DNA from: Octopus bimaculoides
Lineage: Eukaryota
Direction of reading: 5' to 3'
NCBI RefSeq assembly: GCF_001194135.2
Contig: NC_068998.1
Location: forward strand, 21,358,455 to 21,422,454
DNA: 64,000 nucleotides
Shown: positions 52,263 to 64,000 of the stretch, piece by piece
Layout of the letters: each line of letters starts with the position of its first letter
Numbering within the stretch: the stretch's first letter is position 1
Translations under genes and position numbers: made by a program
The notes under the pieces: generated by a model
The model's input: the letters and a program-made list of their open reading frames with translations, nothing else
What the model was told of the DNA's origin: nothing
The model's database searches: none

Positions 52263-53295
52263 CCATATAATGAATACGTTCAAATTTATCCCAATACTAA
52301 TACATTCACGCTAGTTACTTTGCGTAAAGGGAGGGGGTTGTCCGATTTCAGATTTTTCAAGTCTATTCGTTAGTTGAGAACAAACCATTGGTGCAGTGTT
52401 GCGAGTTGAGTCTTCATGTTATTTTCATAACTTTATTCAAAATTTCACATTATTCAAAAATTATAAATTGTCTGTTGATATGGTAAAAGTGAGAAATAGT
52501 CTTTGTTAATATATTGCACATAGAAATTTGATGTGTAGTCTAAATGTTATATGGAGGTGGTATTTCGAAATCAGTATGCGTCTCGTTCCTGTTTCTTTTG
52601 GTGAATATCTAAATGTGTACTTATGAATTAAGTGTCGCATTTGTAATCTGACCTCACATATCTCAATATGTAGTCTAGCTACTTGAATTTCATTTGTGAT
52701 AAATTATATAGCTTGGCAATTATGAAACCTTGCATAAAATGCAACACATTTTTTTAAATTTTGGCTGTTATTAAGATTGTCGGGATTACGTTAATAACTG
52801 TACTTTGCATTAATTTCTGTATAGTTTGGAGTATTATGTGCATTCGGCGCATATATAGAGTCGCTTAGGACGTATCTTCTACTTAGGGTGATATTTCTTA
52901 TATGACTCACCCAATATTAGTAACCTTTAAGTTAATACTTGTTAATTACTTTCAAATATTCTTTTCGTGTAGACAAATGTTTTACGAACAGTCATTGAAT
53001 GATCATAGCAATATTAGGTTTCCATTGTATTGGGCCGTCGTGGGAAGCATAATCATAGCATCAGCGTGCATTTGCATTTGCGTATACTTAAAAAATGTGT
53101 GATTTTTGGTTTCATTATCTGAAACAGTTTGCGGATTGGTGTAAAATTCAATGTTTGTCTTCGCTTACATCCTTATCACATGGGCCCTTGTTTCTTCTGT
53201 CAATGTTGCTGAATGTACTTTAAATCAAGGACACACATATATAGATATATATACAGATGTACACACACCCCCACCAACCCGTTCGCTCTGCTTAC

Positions 53296-53583
53296 TGGCG
53301 CTCGGTCGGTTATGACGACGAGCGCTCCAGTTGTCTGATAAAGGGAACAGTCTGACGTGAAATTAACGTAGAAGTCGCTCAGCACTTAACAAAAATGTGT
53401 ACCCTCGACCTATTTCTCAGGGAGATACAACGTTACAAAGAATGAGACAGGCCTAGCCCTTTGAATGACAGGCACAACGTGTTTTTCCAGCTGAGTGAAC
53501 TGGAGCACAACGCGCCGTCAGGACTCGAACTCAGAGCCTCACGATCATGAACCGAATACCCAAACCACTAAGCCAAACGCCTC
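53296..53583 (-). mobile_element. tRNA-derived SINE family D
   Basis: Reverse complement GAGGCGTTTGGCTTAGTGGTTTGGGTATTCGG...GAGTTCGAGTCC; body matches 5108-5428. Confidence 0.8.
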
Positions 53584-54942
53584 AACCTCAGCCTCCTACA
53601 CATCAAGAGCACATACACATAAACATACACATATATACATATGATTTGAGAAATAGGCCAGTGGTTTAACATCCAGTAATCTACTATTGATAGCTATGTA
53701 ACCTAGTACAACCTATAGACAGTCGATCTATTGGTGACTAAACCCGTCATCTACATGCGGGATTGTAAAACCATTGTCTTGCTTTCTCCTTGTCTGTTGA
53801 GCAAAACTATATCTGAACGGAATAAAGCTACTAGTAACTGCAAAAGTGAATTTCAATTAAATCATCTGTAAGTATTCATATGAAACTACATCGATAAATG
53901 GAAAACATATGAAATAATCCATCCACATACTACGAAATATCGCAGTAGCTGCCTCGTGATCAATGCAGCAGAAGAACGGTGCTGGAAACTGAAATAATTT
54001 TATGTAACACAATGGTGTGTTAGATTGTTGCTACACAGATCAACCAGAGAGGAGCACCGCTGTTTGGAATCAGGTTTGGAAGTTACAATATCGATAGGGC
54101 TGTTGTGAAATAAGTAGAAAGGAAACATATGTTGATGTTTGATTTCACTTCATTGTGTGTAAAATGTATTATGGCTAAAGTAGATCAAATTCCAATAACC
54201 TTCTGATGGATGATAGGTTTAAGAGTTCTAAACAGAAAGTGGTGCTATCCAACATGGATGAGTGTGTACACACGGAAAATAATGAGTTTTACATCGTTAT
54301 GCAAATGAACAAAAGAAGCTTTCCCAAAGAAGACGGAGTAGAAATGAGGACTACTTTTAATGTTCATATCGAGCAATAAGCACAATAATATCCCGTTGTT
54401 ATTGGAAAACATAGTGTGTGGCAATGCATATTACATCGGATTTTCCTGAATGTTGTCCTCCGAGCATGTCTTCGTCATTATCAACTCCATATCCAAAGAG
54501 ATGAGGAAAGAGAAAAATAAATTGGATGTAGCTAAACTTGAAACGTTGTCATTATTTAAACTACATTATAACTAGACAGCAGGACATATATGAATATCAG
54601 GAAGGGCAAAAGAGAGTACACACTGCTAAATAATTCAATAAATGATACCATTCATATTGAAATACCGTACATGCAAAGTAATTTACATTGGCGACAAGAA
54701 AGTTAATGGATAGGAATGGGAATTCCATTCTGCAAAAGATGACAGAGAACTTGTAGATTCGTGAGAAGCAGTAAAACCAGCGAATATAAATTCGGAATTT
54801 ATCCTGTTAAACGTCATTGTGCTAAACAAGCGCCTACCAAATCTAAAGGGAATACATCGAAAATGGCTTGACTGTGACGAGGATACCACACGTAGTGAAA
54901 TAGTGAAAAGCATGCTACTAAACTGAAGGAAACCTGTTAATG

Positions 54943-54998
<56 letters not shown>

Positions 54999-55002
54999 AT
55001 GC

Positions 55003-55061
<59 letters not shown>

Positions 55062-55599
55062 TATGTATATATACACATATACATAATACATACATGTATA
55101 AGTAGATTTGGTTTTATGTCTTATATAGAGCGGATTTCACGCAGTTATTTGTGATTTACGGTTATTTGAGAGAATAATATAAAACGACACGACAGCAAAA
55201 TATCATAGCAGACTTCTTTTCGGACTAGGTTATAATACTTAAGAGTACAGACAGATGAAATGACATAAACTGACACATATTTATATAGATGCATAGAGAG
55301 GTAGAAAGACAGACTGTTTGAAAGTTAAATAGATAGATGAATGAATAAAGAAGGAATTAGATCGATACGAAATGGAGTAGATTTGAAGATAAATGACAGG
55401 TTATGATAGATGCAACAGATTATAGGAAGAAAGAATATGATAACAGACTTTTAGTATTGATTCTGGTTAAGTGGTGGATGTTTACTCGTGAAGATTCCGA
55501 CACTAGACCAGCCGTTTTCTCATCAGTGGGTATAATTTTTGAACCTTTAGAACTTTTCTCAACTTTTTTGTACTTTCTACTTTTTCCTATTGTCATTTC

Positions 55600-55830
55600 T
55601 TCCTACTCTGATTGTTCTACTCCTGTCTCCGGTATTCACCATGATAGATCGCTAGACACTACACATTCTTTATTTTCTCTCCTTGTTTCTTTCTGTGTTC
55701 CTTTCTGTAGAAGAGCGTAGGCTCGAAACGTTAAAGACATTTTCACTTCCCGAGCGTTAAACTAATACATCTGTTTGTTGTCCTACACCACCTGTCTTCG
55801 TCTTTTGTTTTTGTTTTGGTGAATTCTCCT
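55600..55830 (+). mobile_element. Solo PLE pLTR 3' fragment
   Basis: High similarity to 40520-40714. Confidence 0.8.
55700..55738 (+). ncRNA. Minimal hammerhead variant (core CUGUAGA)
   Basis: CCTTT-CTGTAGA-A-GAG-CGTAGG-CTC-GAAAC-GTT-AAAGAC. Confidence 0.55.
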
Positions 55831-55841
55831 TACACATATAC

Positions 55842-56028
55842 ATCTGTAAAAATATGTGACAATTATTCGGTAGCCATGATAAAACTCCGAGTTTTGGATG
55901 CCGGGGCGGACACCCACGCAGCCGTCTCCTCAGTTATCTGGCCATTGAAAATTTCTATGAAAATGATCGTTAAACAAAGGGAAATTACTGTGTGATTGGC
56001 CGAATAATTTTCACATATTTTTACAGAT
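55842..56028. mobile_element. MITE with 29-bp terminal inverted repeats
   Basis: ATCTGTAAAAATATGTGACAATTATTCGG versus reverse complement of CCGAATAATTTTCACATATTTTTACAGAT (one mismatch). Confidence 0.7.
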
Positions 56029-56435
56029 AAATTCTTCTATTTACATAATATCGAGGTCTCTTTCTTTCTTTTGTTGTCTTTTCTATCAATATATATNNNN
56101 NNNNNNNNNNNNNNNNNNNNNNNNNNNNNNNNNNNNNNNNNNNNNNNNNNNNNNNNNNNNNNNNNNNNNNNNNNNNNNNNNNNNNNNNNNNNNNNNNNNN
56201 NNNNNNNNNNNNNNNNNNNNNNNNNNNNNNNNNNNNNNNNNNNNNNNNNNNNNNNNNNTATATATATATATATATATATATTCGAGAATCTAAGGAATGG
56301 AACAGGTCATCAATATTTACAGTTTGCATACTCGAAGCTTACTAACTTATTTTAGCTGGATCCCTGGATCATATATACATGCATGGCCGCAGCTCTAAGC
56401 TGTAACTATAAACAAAAAATAAAAAATAATAATGA

Positions 56436-56525
56436 AGGCACCAAGGTGGCAGAATCGTTAGGACGCCTGCCGAAATGCTTCGTGCCATTTCATTAGTTTT
56501 TACGTTCTCAGTTCAAATTCCGCTG
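56436..56525 (+). mobile_element. SINE family B 5' fragment
   Basis: AGGTGGCAGAATCGTTAGGACGCC...CAGTTCAAATTCCGC. Confidence 0.7.
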
Positions 56526-56815
56526 CCACAGTGCACAATATTATACATTTTGAATAACATAACAAGTGTACTTGCCTAAACGAATATATATTATTTCTTT
56601 ATTTAAATTTAGTTTACCACAAATTCATTTAGTAGCGTTGTCTCTTGAATTTAGTCTATTTTTCCATGCATCTGTCATTTAATTTACGTTACTGTTCATG
56701 TTACGCTATCAGCATTTACATCCACCACGGATATATGTAGCTTGTTACTACCTCGAAATTTATCTACATACCTCTGTTACCCAGTGTCTCTAGTTATCCC
56801 TTCCCCCATCCATCC

Positions 56816-56847
<32 letters not shown>

Positions 56848-57041
56848 GATAGAGAGAAAGACAGGTAGTGACACAGAGATAAATATGTGTATGTATCTAG
56901 TGTATGCAATACATGCGGACTTTCAAAAGTGAGCTAGTGTAGGTTTCATCCGAGAGAATGAGAGAATTTGCATTTGAATATCCATGCTCTGGATAATGAA
57001 TCGATACAAAATATCTAAAAATATCTAAAGCAAAGTTTGTA

Positions 57042-57107
<66 letters not shown>

Positions 57108-58652
57108 ATATATGTGTGTGTGTGCGTGCGCACGTGTGTGTATGAGTGTGTGTGTGTAAGAGAGAAATACAATCGACTATTAGCGACTATTAATGTTTGT
57201 ATATCACACAGACCAGTATTCTCTCTTCCGAGTCTTGTTCTCACACCAAACAATAATTTCAATAAAACTTATTTTCCTGCTTACTCTAAGAAATGAGAAA
57301 TATAACTGATATATAAGCATCTAATTAAAGACTTGGGAATTAACCATTACCAGATAAGACAAAGTATTTGTAAAAAATATAAAACTGATCTTTGCAGACA
57401 TTTGATAAGCTTTTGTCACTTTGGGTACTAAATACAGTATAATGGATAAAAAGCTGTATTTGTTTTATGTATTTTTATTTTCTCATTATATAACAAAAAT
57501 ATCATCAACGCTTCTTATTTTCTTTTTATATTTTGCTCATACTGATTATCACTGAGGTTTGTTAGAAATTACGCAAAACAACAGAAAAGTATTAAGACAT
57601 AAAGGAATAGAAGGAAAAAAAAAACATCAAAATTCAACATTAATCAAAGCGAAAAAATTCTGTGCGTATAGTGTTGATGACCAATGACAATGTCCATAGA
57701 AAGGACAATAGAAATTAATGTATGGCTGGCGTGTTATGTCGTTTATCTCACTTCAGCAACATTGTGAACAATGGGAATAGCCAATGTTGTACGTCATATA
57801 ATAAGGAACAGACAAGGAGACATTGTCGGTTCGTATTTGATGACAGCTCGCTTCCCTTGAACTTCTGTTTCTTTTGCAAACATGACAGAAACATTAAAAA
57901 TATCATTTCCCTCTTTTAATGATATGCTGAAATAAACTATTGTGTAATCAAAAAAAGTGTCATCGTGACTGTCATTGTACAATGTAGGCGTATTTTAAAG
58001 GAGACAAGTTGAAAATACAATTTTTTTGTTGTATACGCAGTTTCATTATACACTTCAGGATAGTTTCACATTAGCAGAAAGCTCGCCTTCAAGCTGGGTA
58101 CCCAAAGAAAATAAACATGTCTTAGTTCAAACTGTCACCAGCTTATTTACAATAATATAGTTTAATTCAGCTTTGAAAATTTTATTTCTTGAGAACAACA
58201 TTTTTGCCACTTACAAAGTATTGCGTTTTGTAGCCGTTTCGATGACAAAACAGTGTATACAAGAGGAATGTGTAATATATGGGTCTAGATTAAGGTGGTG
58301 AGATGGCAGAATCATTTGGACGCCGGACAAAATGCATCCCCCGAAATTGTTAGCCTTCTGCGAAAATGCGAATCCAAAATATGGATCTAGATTCATAGGG
58401 ATGACGTTTGAGCCAATGACTCAGACAATTTCAACAAGACACCGTGTTCTGCGTGAGTGCGTTATACCAGTCAAATACTTGCCAAATAGCATATTACACT
58501 TTTTAGTAGCGAAGGTATTTATTATGATAAATGCCTCATATAATTATAGAATGCGATCGTTCGTACCTTCCTAAAAGGTTTATTATTAGCAAAGCTGAGA
58601 GCAATAATAGCATTCATCACAATAAACGTATTAAATGTAAAATATATAGAAC

Positions 58653-59047
58653 AATACTGATTTCAAATTTTGGTGCAGCGCCAGCAATTTCAGAGGGGGG
58701 AAAATCGATTACAGCGACCCCAGTGTTCAGCTGAAAGGATAAAAGGCAAAATCGACCTCGGCGGAATTTGAACTCTGAACATAAAACCGACGAAATGCCG
58801 CGAAGCATTTTGCCCGGCGTGCTAAAAATTCTGTCTCCTCAACGCCTAAAGCCAGATCGCGGCCTTAAGAATGTTTCATACTGATTTCAAATTTTTGTCA
58901 CGAGGCCAGTATTATATGGGACGGGGTAAGTCGATTACATCGGCTCCAGTGCTCAGCTGGTAATTATTTTATCGATCCGTAAAGCATAAAAGGCGAAGTC
59001 GACCTAGGCAGAATTTGAACTGAGAATATAAAGATCAACGAAGGCAG
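58653..59047 (-). mobile_element. Two tandem SINE family B copies, decayed
   Basis: Units at about 58653-58847 (with internal deletion) and 58877-59047, both with an ATTTGAAATCAGTAT-type tail. Confidence 0.75.
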
Positions 59048-59618
59048 CTAAACAATGTTTAAAGTTAAAATATATTCAGAGGTAGGTGAATGGCCTTTCG
59101 TCGATTAAATGGCTTGATCTTAGAATACTGTCTACCATCGATCAGACGGCGATATACGAACCACTTGGAGAGTATTGTATCCATTTAAAAGACAACGGCT
59201 TACTCTGATAGCTCGTATACTCAATTCCTATGAACATTATAATCGTGATAAATCGGTGTTATGTCAATATGTATCCTCTATATTTTGATGTATGATCTAT
59301 GTAATTAGTTATACTACCACGTTTTGCGTGAGTCTGTTTCCTGAATCGATATGCTGCCAGCAAACCAGCTAAACACTTAAAAGTTTTATCGTTTAGATAG
59401 CTAAATATTTAACTTTGTAGAATCCAGTTGAAGAAGTTGAATGCAATGCAAAGCACAGCTGTGTAGTTAAGTGGTTCGCACTGTGACTAGATCGTATTAT
59501 ATCAACTGCACAGTACAATGTGGAAATACAATCAACTGCTTTTTGAGTAGAAACTGCGAAAATTAGCCGTCTGTCTATATGCATGTCTGCCTGTCTGTCA
59601 AACTGTACTTAATGACAC

Positions 59619-59674
<56 letters not shown>

Positions 59675-59867
59675 TTACACATATATATTTCGCAGAATCA
59701 AAGGAGTGACTGTAGGGTACGTTAGNNNNNNNNNNATATATATATATATATATATATATATAATACCACAAAGGAAAATGTGACAAAGGGTGTCGAGACA
59801 CCTACATTGTAAGAAATAGGAGCAAAATACTCCCTGTGCTTTGAGAAGAACGCAAATGTATGCACTT

Positions 59868-60006
59868 ACGCTGACAGGGGAAGAAACTTCCGAATTAACG
59901 AATCGAAAATCTCTCAGACTAAACGTTTAGTTTCGCATATTTCAATTCGCTACACGAGCAAGAACCCCTCGATCGCCTGGCGTTATCTAATTCCGCCTGT
60001 CAGCGT
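59868..60006. mobile_element. Possible small MITE (11-bp TIR, central palindrome)
   Basis: ACGCTGACAGG ... CCTGTCAGCGT; ACTAAACGTTTAGT at 59918-59931. Confidence 0.35.
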
Positions 60007-60135
60007 GTATGTATGTATGTATGTATGTATGTATGTATGTATGTATGTATGTATGCATGCATGTATGTATGTATGTATGTATGTATGTATGTATGTATGT
60101 ATGCATGTATGTATGTATGTATGTATGTATGTATG
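60007..60135. repeat. (TATG)n tetranucleotide microsatellite
   Basis: Direct reading; similar arrays near 12080, 13920, 23020 and 28340. Confidence 0.95.
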
Positions 60136-60152
60136 TGGGGGGGGAGTGTGTG

Positions 60153-60183
<31 letters not shown>

Positions 60184-60379
60184 TGCCGATGTTTTAAAAT
60201 CCAGTCTATCCACTGTCATATTAATTTATTTTTGTTTACTTTGTACATATTGAAAGGACGAAAAGCAAAGCTGATTTTTGATTAAATCGTAGCGCAGAAA
60301 ACCCGAACAAATGCTACAATGCATTCTCTCAAATGCCATAAGAAATTCGCTTCTGGTTCCTTTTTTATTTTCAGTTGCA

Positions 60380-61150
60380 AGTGAGTAAATATATGTGTCC
60401 CATTATGTGAAAACGAGTAGTTGAACATTTGGGTGAAAAGGGTCTATGAAATAAATATCAGGTTGGCATCCAATATTGGAATAGATGTGATCAATTTAAT
60501 TTAGTGAAAGTGGTGTACTAGCAAATCTGGAGCGCAATGGATTAACAAGTATAACAATGTAATATATAATTCATTGCCTTGATTGCCACGTACCATGGAA
60601 CTTTGGATTATATATAGACAACTGAATTGACTGTAGGGAGTACATGTTTGACTTTAACATTACTACCGATAGAAGTCTGTGTACGTATCCCTCTATGGTG
60701 GGATTTCAGCATTGGATGCAGTAAAAAAAATATATAGTGAATGAAATTTATTCTGCTGTGAAGACGCAGGCTGGAAAGTGGAGAATTTTCCAATCGAAGT
60801 CGGATGTAGAGGGTTTGTTGGACACAGTGTGAGATGACCGTTGTTATCGTTAGGCCTAACTCATCGTAAACTAAATACCACCATGACCGATATACAAACT
60901 ACAGTGGAAAAGGCTAGCCACTGGATTTGGTTAAAAAGAGACGATGAGCGATGGCTAGAATATTGAACTATATTTAATAACCAGTTGATCTAGCAAGGTG
61001 GGCCTCATATCAGTGAGGAGTCGGGAGCCATTGATGCCGTGGAGAGTTAGGCCCCGAAACGGTGCGCATTGTCTTCTGATGACCTCATAAACTTGCTGGC
61101 TTCCGGTATGCGGAGTTCTCGACTGGTAGCACTTGCATGTGCAAGTGGTT
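60380..61150 (+). mobile_element. HERO/NeSL-like RLE non-LTR retrotransposon 3' end
   Basis: CEDAGWKVENFPIEVGCRGFVGHSV and EKASHWIWLKRDDERWLEY* (stop 60964-60966); degenerate ELTV upstream; 3' UTR follows. 5' boundary approximate. Confidence 0.75.
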
Positions 61151-62127
61151 TGCTAAACATCTTACAGTATTCTATTCTTGCGAAGAGTTGCATTCCGTAA
61201 TATATAAAAATACAAGTCTTCGAATTGCGCTAAAATACATCCATAAATATAGCTTAGAGGCAAGTGAGGTACACCATTTCTGTTAGGTGAAAACACAGTT
61301 AGTAAGTGTAGCGATTGGTCAAATCTGATTGCATTCCAGAGGTAGCTTTGTCGTAGGCCGAATGTCGCCTTCGCCGTGACCATCACCATCACAGCCGCAT
61401 TAGTTTTGCGACATCCATTTCGTAGTCGAACTACGAATATTCATTTTAAATGAAAACTACGTTTATGTCTGAATACCAATAGCGATAAGGATACGTAGTG
61501 GAAGGAGAATGTGTACGATAGTTGTGGTGAATGCTTCATTAGTTTGCTGGGACGGGTTCAACTTTCATCATGGTTGAAATTTGGCGAGTCATTCATCTAA
61601 AGAATTAGTGATTAATGCATTTGATTAGAAAATATCAAACACCTGTCTCTTCACTAACAGTTACTTGAAATTACTAAGCGTTAGTTTCTTTTCGTTTCCC
61701 ATTAACACATTATAACTTACAGGAGCACAAATGTAACTGCAATGTACTATACTACCTTACCTTAACAAAATCTTATACATTTTTCATTATATATATATAT
61801 ATATATATATNNNNNNNNNNNNNNNNNNNNNNNNNNNNNNNNNNNNNNNNNNNNNNNNNNNNNNNNNNNNNNNNNNNNNNNNNNNNNNNNNNNNNNNNNN
61901 NNNNNNNNNNNNNNNNNNNNNNNNNNNNNNNNNNNNNNNNNNNNNNNNNNNNNNNNNNNNNNNNNNNNNNNNNNNNNNNNNNNNNNNNNNNNNNNNNNNN
62001 NNNNNNNNNNNNNNNNNNNNNNNNNNNNNNNNNNNNNNNNNNNNNNNNNNNNNNNNNNNNNNNNNATATATGTATGTATGTATGCATGTATGTATGTATG
62101 TATGCATGCGTGTATAGAGTGTTCGAA

Positions 62128-62164
<37 letters not shown>

Positions 62165-64000
62165 CATGCGAGAAACAAATAGACTGCGTCATACTCATTA
62201 GAATTTCTTTAAATCTGAAATTATAATTTCAAATTATTTAGTAATTCTTATAATGTGAATATTTAATACTTAGTAGACATGCCTTTTGCATTTTTTAATG
62301 TAAGGGCCTTATTAGGCATGTTACTCATCACATGAATATTCTCTTGCGGAATCCCGCAAAGTTTCATGCAGTATTCTCAAAAGATCTGGCTTTGAAGATA
62401 CTTGTATTTTTTAATGAAGTATCCATATGCATTATGTCACAGACGTGTACAATAGCGTTCATATCTGGTGACTGGCTTCGCTATGGAAACTTTTTAATGC
62501 TATTCTCATCCAATAAATATTGGGTCATTTCAGCCGCCAAATTTCACATTGACTCTTTGTTCCTGTCCATGACAAAATCGCAGACTACAGCATAAATGTG
62601 ATTGCAAAAAACATAAATTTCACAACTTTCGAAATAAAAACAGCGATGTTACTCTGCATACTGTCTCCCGAAGATCCGTGCTACCTCTCATTGCGAATGG
62701 AACCGTGTGCCGCCATCTGTCGGTGCGTTACAGAACTAGTCCAAGAACTCTTTGATATCACTTCGTATATGGATATACGTACATATCCATATATATTTGT
62801 GCGTGTGTGTATGTGTGTGTGTGTGTGTGAATGTGTGTGCATGAAGATCATATACCAGACATTTGATTTCTTTTAAAATAATGCATAAATCTATATATTT
62901 CTTCATGCAAAACAATTACCCGATAATCTTAGAACTATTGTGGTATATTCTGCACTAGATTTCATGCATGAAGATAATCATCAATATGTCAAGCTCCAAA
63001 ATTTGATTTTGTCAGGATCGTAGTCGAAAACAATGAACCGCATAGAAAACTTGACCGGAAAATTGATCTTATTTTGTATGCTGTACATTTAAAGAATGGA
63101 AATCTTTCACTGAGACATTTCGAAAGATTAAAATCTATAACCAAAGATCTTCGCTTGACGTCGTACTGAAGGCCCTGAAATGTTCATTCTCAGAAATTTT
63201 CTCCTCACATTAAAAGTATGATAATCAATGCATATTAGAAAAAAAAGCAAAAAAAAGTTATAGTTGCACAATGTTACTGAAACATTCATAATTGCTTTTT
63301 CAGACTGTCCCTCAAGTACTTTAAATAGCATAATGAATGATGATGAGTTGAAATTACCTATCAACTTCTTCATATTTTGCTTGAGAAGTCCACAAAACTA
63401 CATTTGTTAAAATAATTGTATAGTACTAACCATTATTATAGTGACATGTTTATTTCCCAGTGAAGCTCTGTGTTCTGGAGTTGAATATATTTACAAAAAT
63501 ATGAATTGCATATCTCAAACGAAAGTTATCTACCTAACAAAGCATTTTATAAAACAAACGATGGTTTGAAATGATGTTCGGAATATATTCCACCCTTTTT
63601 GCAGAGGGCGATAAGTTTTTCAAACCATCCGCCGATATTGTGGACCCATATATTGAGGTTGTAAGGTAACATGGACGAAGAAATAACTGTTGACATTGGT
63701 GATTTGTTAAATTGAAACGAAAATCGTTTGATATTACAATGTAGTGAATTTTCGAATTGCCATGCCCTTTGCAATTTCATGTAATCTTGTGATGATTTAA
63801 CTATCACCAACACCATAGAAAGGTGCTTCTTTTAAAAGCTTGCTATTGTGATTCATTTTTTCTTTTGTGTGGAGCGAATGAGGAGTGAAACACTTTGAGA
63901 GGCGCGGTAGAGGTATTTCTAGATGTTATCACGTTTCTATCATAGACACACTGTTGTATAGACGAGTTTGATTTTTTATTTATTTCATGCATTTGAATAA

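Noticed and set aside
55470-55535. Minus-strand CTGATGA-GAAAAC-GGCTG-GTC
   Set aside because: No stem II and stem I does not pair.

Overview
AT-rich eukaryotic DNA dense in (CA)n, (TA)n, (TATG)n, (TATC)n and (GA)n microsatellites, with many N gaps. The repeat complement resembles what I know of an octopus/coleoid cephalopod draft genome (inference). I recognise no intact host gene, rRNA, true tRNA or CRISPR array. The window is a collection of decayed mobile elements: four SINE families (my labels A-D); at least three kinds of Penelope-like element (PLE) with several minimal hammerhead ribozymes; a TSD-bounded, internally deleted Tx1/L1-type LINE; CR1-like, RTE-like and HERO-like LINE fragments; and mariner, maT and Tc1 remnants, a foldback mariner and two MITE candidates. 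The most interesting signals are: (1) a hammerhead variant with core CUGU-N-GA in three copies; (2) two apparent SINE-LINE tail partnerships visible in this one window; (3) SINE multimers bounded by a single TSD; (4) a few phase-plausible minus-strand exons of a possible membrane protein (low confidence). All translations, alignments and coordinates were done by eye, so boundaries are approximate.
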